Source of the DNA: Candidatus Endomicrobiellum trichonymphae
GTDB lineage: Bacteria > Elusimicrobiota > Elusimicrobia > UBA1565 > UBA9628
Assembly: GCA_943372155.1 (NCBI GenBank)
Contig: CALRXP010000002.1
Coordinates: 1 to 32,612 of the forward strand
Direction of reading: 5' to 3'
DNA: 32,612 nt
In this document: positions 1 through 7,581 of the stretch, piece by piece
Layout of the letters: each line of letters starts with the position of its first letter
Numbering within the stretch: position 1 is the first letter of the stretch
Notes under the pieces: model-generated
Databases searched by the model: none
Told to the model about the DNA's origin: nothing
What the model saw: only the letters and a program-made list of their open reading frames with translations
Position numbers and translations under genes: made by a program

Positions 1-1713
1 CTCGGCGGTGAAGGGCATGAATAGATTTACACCGATCTGCCGGGCCTGACCTCCTCCGGCGCGCTCCCGGACTTCAAGCGCCAGAAGCAGGTCCGGGGGG
101 AACTTTGTCGCGGGTAACAACGCGCCGCGACCGTCGGCCAAGCGATAAAAGTACCCTTCGCCTTCCCGCACAGCCAGGCGATCGGTGAAGGCCCGCAACC
201 AAACCTGCCCGAGCGCGTCGGCCTCCGTCCCCTGCGGAGGCGGCGCGTCCGCGCGCTCGCCCAGGCGTTGAAACTGCCGGAAGACCTCCTTGGCCTCCCA
301 AGAAATCTCCTCGCGCGAACCGGCCAGCAGGTCTGAGGCCAGCGCCGAAAGGTCGGCCGCCTGGTCGGGCTTGCGGTCGCTCGACGTCTCGAACACGGCG
401 GCCATGGCGCACGCGCGTTCGTACGCCTCGGGGCCGAGGGCGTGTGCCTCTTCCAAAACCGCAGCGACGCGAGGCGGCGCGGGATAGCGCAGCAAGGCGC
501 GGCCGCGCGCCGTCGCCTTTTCTTTTGTATCAACGGCCTTTAATTCAAAAAGTGTCTTCTCCGCGGCGTTCCACGCGACTTCCTTAGGCGCAGTGACCCA
601 GTCCACCGTTTCAGGCAGGGACGCGGCCTGAAGGCGTAGTGAACTCAGCTCAAGCCGCAAAATCTCTGGAATCAGGCTCGGCGCCATGCCTGACTCTTCG
701 GAGCGGGACCATAGGCGCACGCAACGCCCCGGCGCAGTGCGGCCGGCGCGGCCGGCGCGTTGGTCGGCATTGCTTCGACTGATGCGCGTGAGATAAAGCG
801 TATTAATGCCGCGCGCGGCGTCGAAGGCGGCCACGCGGTGCTGACCGCTGTCGATCACGGCCGTCACCTGAGGAATGGTGAGGCCCGTCTCGGCCACGTT
901 GGTCGCGACGATCACGCGGCGCTTCTCCGAAGGCTCGAGAACTCCTTGCTGCTCGGCGAGCTCCATGCTGCCGTGCAACGAATGCAGCTCGAGGTCGTTT
1001 TCGCGGCAGTACGGCGTTAAGACCGTCATCGAACGCCGGATTTCCCGAAGACCCGGCATGAAGATGAGCACCGAGCCGTCGAGCCCGCCCTTCGCCAGTT
1101 CTTTGAGAGCGGCCAACGCCCCGTCGGCGGGCCCGCTTCGTTGATCCAGCGGATAATGGCTGACCGTCACGGGAAATATGCGTCCGGGCACGTCGAGCTT
1201 CGCGGCATCGGGGAGATATTTCACCAAGGCCTGAATTTCCAGCGTCGCGGACATGACCGCGACCTTCAGATCGGGACGCTTGCCCGCGCGGAGCCTCTTG
1301 AGCCAGGCCAAGGCGAGATCGCATTCGAGCGTGCGCTCGTGAAATTCGTCGAGCAGGACGGCGCCCACGCCCTTCAGCTCGGGGTCCTTCATCATCTGGG
1401 CGATGAACACGCCGTACGTCTGGAAGATCACCGCAGTATTTGAATCGCAATTGCTGTCGAAGCGCACCTGATAGCCGATCTGTTTGCCGAGGGGCGTCTT
1501 CGTTTCCGACGCCACTCGTCCCGCGAGGCTGCGGGCCGACAAGCGGCGCGGCTCGAGGACCAAGATCTTGCCCTTCACCTTGCCGAGTAGGAATTGCGGC
1601 GTCTGAGTCGACTTGCCGCTTCCGGTCGGCGCCGACAGGATCAGGCAACCGGCGCGCAGGAGCTCGGAAACGATCTTCTCCCGGTAGGCGGCGATGGGCA
1701 AGGCTTGGCTCAT
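1..1713 (-). CDS. hrpB: ATP-dependent DEAH-box helicase HrpB, N-terminal 571 codons (3' end lies beyond the left window edge)
   Basis: Absent from the ORF track because it has no in-window stop. My own minus-strand translation from ATG 1711-1713 gives MSQALPIAAYREKIVSELLRAGCLILSAPTGSGKSTQTPQFLL..., with Walker A GSGKST, DEFHER (motif II), SAT, ATNVAETGLTIP and QRAGRAGR. The frame stays open to position 1. ATGA overlap with the upstream gene's stop (1710-1713). Confidence 0.85.
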   Translation of the reverse strand, partial: MSQALPIAAYREKIVSELLRAGCLILSAPTGSGKSTQTPQFLLGKVKGKILVLEPRRLSARSLAGRVASETKTPLGKQIGYQVRFDSNCDSNTAVIFQTYGVFIAQMMKDPELKGVGAVLLDEFHERTLECDLALAWLKRLRAGKRPDLKVAVMSATLEIQALVKYLPDAAKLDVPGRIFPVTVSHYPLDQRSGPADGALAALKELAKGGLDGSVLIFMPGLREIRRSMTVLTPYCRENDLELHSLHGSMELAEQQGVLEPSEKRRVIVATNVAETGLTIPQVTAVIDSGQHRVAAFDAARGINTLYLTRISRSNADQRAGRAGRTAPGRCVRLWSRSEESGMAPSLIPEILRLELSSLRLQAASLPETVDWVTAPKEVAWNAAEKTLFELKAVDTKEKATARGRALLRYPAPPRVAAVLEEAHALGPEAYERACAMAAVFETSSDRKPDQAADLSALASDLLAGSREEISWEAKEVFRQFQRLGERADAPPPQGTEADALGQVWLRAFTDRLAVREGEGYFYRLADGRGALLPATKFPPDLLLALEVRERAGGGQARQIGVNLFMPFTAE

Positions 1714-2369
1714 GAGTTCAGCCGCAGGCCGCGTTCGTAGCGCGCGTTCATGCGTTTGTGAGATGAGCCGGTTAAGTATTCGATCTTTAAGCGCTGATTG
1801 AGCCAGGCCTGCCGCCACGGTCCGTTGGTCCGGAAACGCACGGCCGAGGTCGTCGCGACATGCGGTGAAATCGCCGGCGGTCCGCTTTCGCGAAGGATCA
1901 GCGACAGTTCGGTGTCCTCGAAGATGTCTACAGGGGGAATCGGCCGGGTCAGCAGTTTCTTCTCGAAGAACACGCAGTGATCGAGGTACACGATCCCGCG
2001 CGCGGCTCGGACGCGGTTGGAGTACCAGCTGGTGAAGCGCAGGAGCGGATGATCCCAATCGAAGGCGTGCGTGAATCCTCCCCAGCCCCGGGCGCCCGCG
2101 GCGAGCCAGCGCAGTCCCTCCGGGCTCACGAGGCTGCGCGGATGGTGAAGCAGGATCAGGGGGTGCGACGCGGCATCGATGCCCGCTTGCAACCGGGCGC
2201 CTCGAGACGGACCTTCCACGCGCAAGAAGCGCGCGCCGTATTCGGCGGGCGGCGGCGCGTCGCCGGCGCAGATCACTTCAAGCTCCGGCACCTCGCTCAG
2301 GCGAGCGAGAATTCGCGACAGCCAGTCGGCTCCGCCCGCGTGGACCGGGATGACGACCGAGACGCTCAT
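1710..2369 (-). CDS. Family-2 glycosyltransferase resembling the rSAM/selenodomain-associated transferase 2 group (TIGR04283-like)
   Basis: Part of track ORF 1710..2441. The likely true start is the internal ATG at 2369 (MSVSVVIPVH...), which forms an ATGA overlap with the radical-SAM gene's stop. Motifs seen: VVIPV, SRGARLQAG, ILLHHPRS, YLDHCVFF, FEDTELS, TTSAVRF. The family assignment is from memory of that family's pattern. Confidence 0.7.
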   Translation of the reverse strand: MSVSVVIPVHAGGADWLSRILARLSEVPELEVICAGDAPPPAEYGARFLRVEGPSRGARLQAGIDAASHPLILLHHPRSLVSPEGLRWLAAGARGWGGFTHAFDWDHPLLRFTSWYSNRVRAARGIVYLDHCVFFEKKLLTRPIPPVDIFEDTELSLILRESGPPAISPHVATTSAVRFRTNGPWRQAWLNQRLKIEYLTGSSHKRMNARYERGLRLNS

Positions 2370-3253
2370 TTGGAGCAGGACGCTCCGCCCAGCACGCAGA
2401 ACGACGCGCAGTGCGGGTGCTGGAGGCTGACCGGACGCCACGACTCGCGCACGGTCCGGCCGAGCTCGAAACGCGCGTCATAGGGGATCAAGGTGCAGGC
2501 GACGACCGCGGGTTTGTCGCCGCGGCGTTTGACCACCATGCGCGACGACGCGCACATGACGGATTCGGGGGATTTATCCAGAATGCCCCAGCATTCGGTC
2601 GTGATCTCGGGCAGCTCCGCGGCGGCGCCCATTTCCGGAAAGATCACGAGCTCGACGTCCCGCCCGATCGCGCGGCGGTAGCCGTCTTTCGCCGCGCTCT
2701 CCTCTTCTTCGACGAAGCTGCGCCCGGCGACGGAGGTCTTCACGCCCGCGTCGAGGAGCCAACGCAGGCCGGACAACGTTTTCTCAAACGTCCCCGGGCC
2801 GCGTTCGGCGTCGTGCGCGGACGCCGAGTGGTGATCGAGCGAAACCCGCACGCCCAGCCGTGAGCCGAAGCGTGAACGCAGCTCTTCGATCTCGCGTTTA
2901 TGATTCGTCATCGGCGCCATCGCGTTGGTGAGGATCAGGACCTCGAAGCCGCGCTCCAGACACGCCGCGGCCATGGCGATCAGCTCCGGATTCATGAACG
3001 GCTCGCCGCCGGTGAATCCGATCTCCCGGGCGCCCATGCCGCGCGCCTCTTCGATGAAGGGCAAGGCCTCCGACAGCGTCAAATACGCGAGCCGGTCGTT
3101 ACGCGGCGAGGACTCGATGTAGCAATGCTTGCACTCGATGTTGCACAGGGTCCCGGTGTTGAGCCACAGCGTCTTGAGCGCCATCGGGGCGACGGTCGCG
3201 CGGCGCTGACCCTTAGCGGTCAGTTTTGCGTCGGCCCACTTAGCAGCAGGCAC
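2366..3253 (-). CDS. Radical SAM protein with a C-terminal Cys-rich tail (ArsS/TIGR04167-like)
   Basis: 295-aa ORF. It has the CxxxCxxC cluster CNIECKHC, FTGGEPF, and a C-terminal HPHCASFCVLGGASCSK. GTG start at 3253; alternative ATG at 3184 (MALKTLWLNTG). Confidence 0.8.
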   Translation of the reverse strand: MPAAKWADAKLTAKGQRRATVAPMALKTLWLNTGTLCNIECKHCYIESSPRNDRLAYLTLSEALPFIEEARGMGAREIGFTGGEPFMNPELIAMAAACLERGFEVLILTNAMAPMTNHKREIEELRSRFGSRLGVRVSLDHHSASAHDAERGPGTFEKTLSGLRWLLDAGVKTSVAGRSFVEEEESAAKDGYRRAIGRDVELVIFPEMGAAAELPEITTECWGILDKSPESVMCASSRMVVKRRGDKPAVVACTLIPYDARFELGRTVRESWRPVSLQHPHCASFCVLGGASCSK

Positions 3254-3287
3254 CGTCGGTCTCCATCAGGAGATTGTACCCCTTCCG

Positions 3288-3653
3288 CTACTCGACGTCC
3301 TTCGTCTTGAAGTGAGGGTTTTGAATGATCCGCAACGCATTGCCGAAGGGATCCTTCACGGCGGCCACCTTGATGCCTTCGCCGACATCTTTGACGGGCT
3401 CGAGAACCTTGGCGCCGAGCCCTTCCAAGCGATTTACCTCGGCGCTCGCGTCGTCCACGCCCCAATACGCCTGGGCGCCGTCGGTGCCGGGCTTGCCGTC
3501 GGGAATCAGGCCGAGCTCGAAGCCGCCGACGGAGAAGCCGACATAGAAGGGTTGGTCGAAGTAGGGCTTCTTGCCGGTGACCTTCTCGTACCACTGCTTC
3601 GCCTTCTCGAGATCCGTCACGGGATAAATCACGGTGCGCAGGCCTTTGATCAT
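3288..3653 (-). CDS. VOC/glyoxalase-family protein
   Basis: 121-aa ORF MIKGLRTVIYPVTDLEKAKQWY...VKDPFGNALRIIQ, typical of glyoxalase/bleomycin-resistance fold proteins. Confidence 0.8.
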   Translation of the reverse strand: MIKGLRTVIYPVTDLEKAKQWYEKVTGKKPYFDQPFYVGFSVGGFELGLIPDGKPGTDGAQAYWGVDDASAEVNRLEGLGAKVLEPVKDVGEGIKVAAVKDPFGNALRIIQNPHFKTKDVE

Positions 3654-3660
3654 AAGCTCC

Positions 3661-4086
3661 TCATTTATACAGGCGCCGGGCCATCAGCTTGATCGTGTCG
3701 TCGTCTTCCCGGATCATCTCGATGCCGGCGTCTTCGGCGATGCACTCGAAGATCGAATCGCGGAAGGTGAAGACGAAGTGCTTGCCGCCGCCGCCGACGG
3801 CGCGCACCCAGGACGAGTCGACGACCTCGACGGCGGCGTGGGGCTTGAGGCCGCGCTCGGCGAGAGGGTGCTTCTTGAGCGTCTTGTCGTTGCTGGTGCC
3901 GAAGTATTGAGCGCGGCAGAAAGGGAACGTCGCGATGACGGTCAATTCACGGCCCGCGACGTAGGACAAGATCACGGCGCCGTCCTTGGCGAGGACGACG
4001 GGCAAGGGGTCTCCGTCATCGGGCGGGGGCGCGAAGTCGAGGGGGAGCACGCGGTCACGAGCGTCGATCTCGTACAGGGGCTTCAT
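3661..4086 (-). CDS. Hypothetical protein (141 aa)
   Basis: Track ORF 3661..4131. I prefer the ATG at 4086 (MKPLYEID...) because the longer form overlaps the upstream gene's end (4094). GC3-rich codon usage like its neighbours. I recognise no family. Confidence 0.6.
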   Translation of the reverse strand: MKPLYEIDARDRVLPLDFAPPPDDGDPLPVVLAKDGAVILSYVAGRELTVIATFPFCRAQYFGTSNDKTLKKHPLAERGLKPHAAVEVVDSSWVRAVGGGGKHFVFTFRDSIFECIAEDAGIEMIREDDDTIKLMARRLYK

Positions 4087-4093
4087 CTGCGGG

Positions 4094-4975
4094 TTATTGT
4101 ACCTGGGAATCGGTACGGGCTTCGATGGCATGCACGACGGCGGCCATGTCTTGCTTGCCGTGACCGAGCTTTTCGGTTTCCGCGTAGAGCGACAGGCAGA
4201 TGTCGAGCAGGGGCGACGACACCTTGGCCTTTCTCGCGGCGTCGGCGATCAGGCGATTGTTGTACAGCACGTCGCTGATCGCGGCCTGCACCTCGAAGTC
4301 GCCGTCGATCAGCTTGCGCCCCTTCACACGCGACACGGCGCTCGCCATCGGCCCCGCCTCAAGCACGGCTTGCAGGCGTTCGAGGTCGAGCCCGTGTTTG
4401 GCGGCGAAGTGGACGGATTCGGCCAGGCCGGTGACCATCGTGATCAAGTAGAGATTCACGGACAGCTTCATGAGCAACGCTTTCGGGACGGCGCCGCACG
4501 CGACGGTCTCGCGGCACATCGGTTTGAGCAGGGGGCTTACTTCTTCGACGGCGTCCGGCTCTCCGGCGATCATGGACACGAGCTGTCCCGCTTCGGCGGG
4601 CTTGCGCGAGCCGGAGACGGGGGCCTCGACGTAGCGGCCGCCGGCGGCGCGAATATCTTTCTCCAGGCTGTGGGAGTATTCGGGGGCGGTGGTGCCCATA
4701 TGGACGATCGTGTGGCCGGTGACGAGCGTTTTGAACTTGGCGGTCCCGCGGCCCAGCACGGCGTCGATGGCACCGCCGTTAGCGAGCATCAGGATCACGA
4801 CACGGGTTTTGCTGAAGAGCTCTTCGGGGGTGGCAGCAACCTTCGCGCCGGCTTGGCGCAGGGGCTCGCTCTTGTCCGCGGTCCGGCTCCAGACGACGAG
4901 CGGGGTGCCGGCGCGAGCGAGGTTGAGGGCCATGGGTTGGCCCATGACGCCGAGGCCGATGAAGCCGATATCCAT
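4094..4975 (-). CDS. NAD(P)-dependent beta-hydroxyacid dehydrogenase (HIBADH/6-PGDH NAD-binding family)
   Basis: 293 aa. N-terminal Rossmann motif [19 protein letters not shown] and EAPVSGS. AGGAGA Shine-Dalgarno sequence 5 nt upstream of the ATG. Confidence 0.85.
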   Translation of the reverse strand: MDIGFIGLGVMGQPMALNLARAGTPLVVWSRTADKSEPLRQAGAKVAATPEELFSKTRVVILMLANGGAIDAVLGRGTAKFKTLVTGHTIVHMGTTAPEYSHSLEKDIRAAGGRYVEAPVSGSRKPAEAGQLVSMIAGEPDAVEEVSPLLKPMCRETVACGAVPKALLMKLSVNLYLITMVTGLAESVHFAAKHGLDLERLQAVLEAGPMASAVSRVKGRKLIDGDFEVQAAISDVLYNNRLIADAARKAKVSSPLLDICLSLYAETEKLGHGKQDMAAVVHAIEARTDSQVQ

Positions 4976-4977
4976 TG

Positions 4978-5009
4978 AAATCTCCTGGGAGGACCTGACG
5001 AGGAGATTT
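4978..5009 (-). promoter_or_regulatory. Hairpin (9-bp stem, 14-nt loop) whose 3' arm contains the dehydrogenase Shine-Dalgarno sequence; possible terminator of the upstream gene and/or RBS-sequestering element
   Basis: Minus-strand RNA reads AAAUCUCCU-cgucagguccuccc-AGGAGAUUU-ca-AUG. The arms are at 5001-5009 and 4978-4986. Confidence 0.3.
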
Positions 5010-5025
5010 TAAGTTATCCCTGGAC

Positions 5026-5931
5026 TTAGCGCGCGCTCAGCGTGGTGCGAAACAACCGCGACGGCTTCTTGGGATCGTCCGCGTCCGTCACGGCGAAAAT
5101 CTCAAGCCGCCCGTTCGCCAGCTTTCCCGGCGCTATCCCCTCGATCTTCTCGCCCGCCAGCCGCGATAAGATGACGGGCTTCCGGCCCTTCGGCAGAATC
5201 CCAACGACGGAGCCGATGATTTTCCCGTCCGCGTAAGTGCTGTTCCCAGCCTCGGCCGTCGCCGCGAAGTACGCGACGCCGTCTAAGAAAAACCCGTCGG
5301 AGAAGCTCAACGGCACGTGATCCCAACGCGGCAGCGGGGCTTGCGCAATGTTTATGTGGAGAGAGGATCGTCGCCATACCCCTTTCAGACCCTTCATGAA
5401 AGCGGCGAGCCGGATCTTCACGATGGCGTTGAATCGCGCCTTGCCGTTGCCTCGCTGGAGCAGGATGAGATGCCTGCGGCGAACAAAGCCGCCCTCGATG
5501 TTGAGTTCAGGAATCATGTCGTCCAAGATGTTCATGAGCGGGCGAAAATTAATTTCGCGCGCGGACTTCCATTCGCCGGAGGGAGAGAGCCGGACCAGCG
5601 CGCCGCGGCAGCGGCGATCTTTGGAGCCGGACGGGAACGCGACGAGGCGGCCGTCGCCGAGATCGATGAGGGACTCGAGGTCCTTTTTGACGCGCTTGCG
5701 CCGGACGGCGTCCTGAGGAAGTTCTCCTGGGAAGATGCGGTGTCCGCGGCCCGCGCCTTTTCCGTCGGGAATCCATACGAGATGATTCAGATCGTCGGCG
5801 ACCCCCCAGAAGCCGCCGGGGACGCGCGCCAGGCCGCTGCCGGCGCTGAGGGGGCGGAGGGGGGCGCCGGCGGAGGTTCGCCAGCGCAGGAGTTTGAGAA
5901 GTTCCCAGCGAGTTGCCGGAAGACCCTTCAC
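5026..5931 (-). CDS. Hypothetical protein (301 aa)
   Basis: Long ORF with host-like GC3 usage. The GTG start at 5931 overlaps (GTGA) the stop of an upstream open frame. No motif I can name. Confidence 0.6.
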   Translation of the reverse strand: MKGLPATRWELLKLLRWRTSAGAPLRPLSAGSGLARVPGGFWGVADDLNHLVWIPDGKGAGRGHRIFPGELPQDAVRRKRVKKDLESLIDLGDGRLVAFPSGSKDRRCRGALVRLSPSGEWKSAREINFRPLMNILDDMIPELNIEGGFVRRRHLILLQRGNGKARFNAIVKIRLAAFMKGLKGVWRRSSLHINIAQAPLPRWDHVPLSFSDGFFLDGVAYFAATAEAGNSTYADGKIIGSVVGILPKGRKPVILSRLAGEKIEGIAPGKLANGRLEIFAVTDADDPKKPSRLFRTTLSAR

Positions 5932-6056
5932 TCGATTCCGGCGAGCATGCCCGCGTATGGGGAGATGAGGTCCTTGGCGTTCTTCATTTTCGGGAGCGAC
6001 TCGTTAATGGCGTAGAAGATGGTGTGATCCTTGTTTTGAGGAAGTTTAACGCCGAC
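5928..6056 (-). pseudogene. 3'-terminal remnant (42 codons) of a gene apparently truncated at the island boundary
   Basis: My minus-strand translation is VGVKLPQNKDHTIFYAINESLPKMKNAKDLISPYAGMLAGIE*. GC3-rich host-like codons. Its stop TGA (5928-5930) overlaps the GTG start of the 301-aa gene. The frame is closed by a TGA at 6057-6059, exactly where GC content drops. Confidence 0.35.
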
Positions 6057-6081
6057 TCAATCCGTTTCGCCGTTAACCACA

Positions 6082-6221
6082 ACTCTCCCCGGGGAGAGTC
6101 CCAGGTACTAATGATAATCACTGTTTCCTGGAAACAGTTCCCAGCCAGGTCGTCTAACGCAGAGGCTGACCAGCGGCGGCTTCAACAGTCCAACCAAACG
6201 AGGCCGCCGGCTGGTCAAGCC
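6082..6221. repeat. Cluster of three palindromes/hairpins in non-coding DNA downstream of the GIY-YIG gene
   Basis: (1) Perfect 18-bp palindrome ACTCTCCCCGGGGAGAGT (6082-6099). (2) 19-nt palindrome ACTGTTTCC-T-GGAAACAGT (6120-6138). (3) Imperfect long hairpin GACCAGCGGCGGC-N22-GCCGCCGGCTGGTC (6168-6216, one bulged G), extendable to 6164-6221. Confidence 0.7.
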
Positions 6222-6225
6222 AATG

Positions 6226-6234
6226 GTTAGCCGC
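6226..6234. repeat. Left copy (GTTAGCCGC) of a perfect 9-bp inverted repeat bracketing the three-gene cassette
   Basis: Lies 2 nt outside the cassette's final stop codon (6237-6239). It is the reverse complement of 7587-7595. Confidence 0.6.
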
Positions 6235-6236
6235 TG

Positions 6237-6497
6237 CTAGTGCTTCTGCGCCAATATCAATTTCCGTTTCTCGTTTTGATCCAGCCGTTTGATTGCTTTT
6301 TCACGAACCGCCGCTGCACCCCGATTCTGGAAATTGTCTTCCTTGTAAACCAGCTCAACGGGACGCCTAGATCTCGTGTGAAGTGCGCCCGTGCCGCGGT
6401 TGTGTGCGTCTATTCTTGCGTAAACATCATCTGAAATCCCAGTATAAAAAGTGCCGTCTGAGCAGAGAACGATATAGACCGACCAGTGTGCTTCCAT
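6237..6497 (-). CDS. Minimal GIY-YIG nuclease family protein (86 aa, UPF0213/YhbQ-like)
   Basis: MEAHWSVYIVLCSDGTFYTGISDDVYARIDAHNRGTGALHTRSRRPVELVY... matches the GIY-(x)n-YIG / R / H pattern. Its ATG overlaps the GNAT stop (TAATG). Confidence 0.85.
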   Translation of the reverse strand: MEAHWSVYIVLCSDGTFYTGISDDVYARIDAHNRGTGALHTRSRRPVELVYKEDNFQNRGAAAVREKAIKRLDQNEKRKLILAQKH

Positions 6498-6928
6498 TAG
6501 ATCAACTTCTCCAGGTGATCATCCTTGGGAATAGGCGAGTATCCTTCGGATTTATAGAAGTTCGTTAAGTCCGCTGCTGGAATTGACTCTCCAAGGGGCT
6601 TCGGCTTGAGTACTATTCGAGTGCATTTAAGATGCTTTGCCAGCTTCTCTGCTGCGCGAACGATTTGGCGCGCGATTCCTCTCCTTCTGTGCGCAGGATC
6701 AACAAAGATTGAATAGATCACCAGGAGCTTTTTATTGTCGTAGTGATCGAATACAGTGAAAGCTGTCTCGTTGTTATTTTCAAGAACGAGGTAATCGTAC
6801 CTGGAATAATACTCGGACTTCTGAGTGTGGGCCCGGCTGATGATGTCACGCAGATAGCCTGATTTTGCCTCATACCGATTGTCGACTTCTTTAAGTTGGA
6901 TTGGTGGCATGAGGCTAACGCCCTTCAC
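6497..6928 (-). CDS. GNAT family N-acetyltransferase
   Basis: 143 aa from GTG 6928 (or 137 aa from ATG 6910). Acetyl-CoA binding motif A is VDPAHRRRGIARQIV. GTGA overlap with the upstream gene's stop. Confidence 0.8.
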   Translation of the reverse strand: MKGVSLMPPIQLKEVDNRYEAKSGYLRDIISRAHTQKSEYYSRYDYLVLENNNETAFTVFDHYDNKKLLVIYSIFVDPAHRRRGIARQIVRAAEKLAKHLKCTRIVLKPKPLGESIPAADLTNFYKSEGYSPIPKDDHLEKLI

Positions 6929-7581
6929 TTAATCAGTCCAAAACTTATCGGCTTGTTTACCGGGAAATTCTTTGTCATTTCTGACAGCACCCCAGAGGCT
7001 TCTACAAGATAGGCGTTTATCTCTGCATCGAGGTCGACGTCAACAGCCTTCAGCTCTTTGCGGTTCTTGTATGAGTGGAAGCTAAATCCACGAGTGCCCA
7101 ACTCAGGCCGAGAAAGAAAACTGGGTCCTTCCGTGTCGGCATCATGAGGATGTCCGGCAATACAGACGCGAATTCTCCGTACGCGGTTCCAGGCGGAATC
7201 CTTGGCCCATTTGTATTGCTTCTGCAGCAAGCAGCTATGAAGATTTGCGATCGCATCTTGGTTGAGTGAGAGGGCCTGCAGCACTCCGTAGAGCCGCAGA
7301 TATCGCCCGCCAATAGTTTTCAAAGATGCGTTATACCCGCGACCTTTGTCTCGGGAAAGTCCGTGCCGGAGGTAATATCGGATGGCTTCTAGGCTGTCTT
7401 CCAGAATATCCATCGACACACACGTCGGAAGCCAGCGCTTGTCGTCAGCAAGGAGTACTTCTTTGAATTTCCCGTCGTCTCCGTCATTCACCCAGTCTCG
7501 TACATGTCCTGCAAGCTTCCCGCATTTGGCGAGATTGCGCATTGCTTGGCGGCGTAATTGCATAAGTTCCTTCGGATCCAT
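6925..7581 (-). CDS. Uncharacterised protein with an Abi-type HEPN-like R-x5-H motif (218 aa from ATG 7581; TTG 7584 also possible)
   Basis: Track ORF 6925..7584. Predicted helical. Contains RYLRLYGVLQALSLNQDAIANL and VRRIRVCIAGHPHDAD (RVCIAGH fits Rx4-6H). The CDS call is fairly safe; the HEPN assignment is inference only. Confidence 0.6.
   Translation of the reverse strand: MDPKELMQLRRQAMRNLAKCGKLAGHVRDWVNDGDDGKFKEVLLADDKRWLPTCVSMDILEDSLEAIRYYLRHGLSRDKGRGYNASLKTIGGRYLRLYGVLQALSLNQDAIANLHSCLLQKQYKWAKDSAWNRVRRIRVCIAGHPHDADTEGPSFLSRPELGTRGFSFHSYKNRKELKAVDVDLDAEINAYLVEASGVLSEMTKNFPVNKPISFGLIK

Noticed and set aside
2366-2368. Possible selenocysteine read-through of the TGA ending the radical-SAM/Cys-rich protein, since some members of that family carry Sec in the C-terminal motif.
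   Set aside because: The TGA is part of an ATGA stop/start overlap with the next gene. The read-through translation (ASRSSSRSTRAEPTGCREFSLA) looks non-coding, and the Cys-rich motif is already complete upstream. I saw no SECIS-like hairpin.
6100-6180. Possible SRP (4.5S) RNA or another known small RNA, because of CCAGCCAGGTC-like strings.
   Set aside because: The conserved SRP domain IV sequence (GGAAGCAGCC with its symmetric loop) is absent. I could not match any known ncRNA family by eye, so the region is reported only as an unclassified structured segment.
5913-6230. 105-aa plus-strand ORF spanning the island's left boundary.
   Set aside because: It runs antisense to the better-supported gene remnant and through the palindrome cluster. 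It has no RBS, and its product is low-complexity (ends QRRLQQSNQTRPPAGQANG). It is most likely spurious.
6045-6236. Integron attC / gene-cassette interpretation of the structured region and the GTTAGCC / GGCTAAC / GTTAAAC-like sites.
   Set aside because: The candidate core sites do not fit RYYYAAC / GTTRRRY, except for one GTTAAAC. The region folds into three local hairpins rather than one R''-L''/L'-R' bulged stem and is about 190 bp long. No intI gene or cassette array is present, and a three-gene overlapping operon is atypical for an integron cassette.
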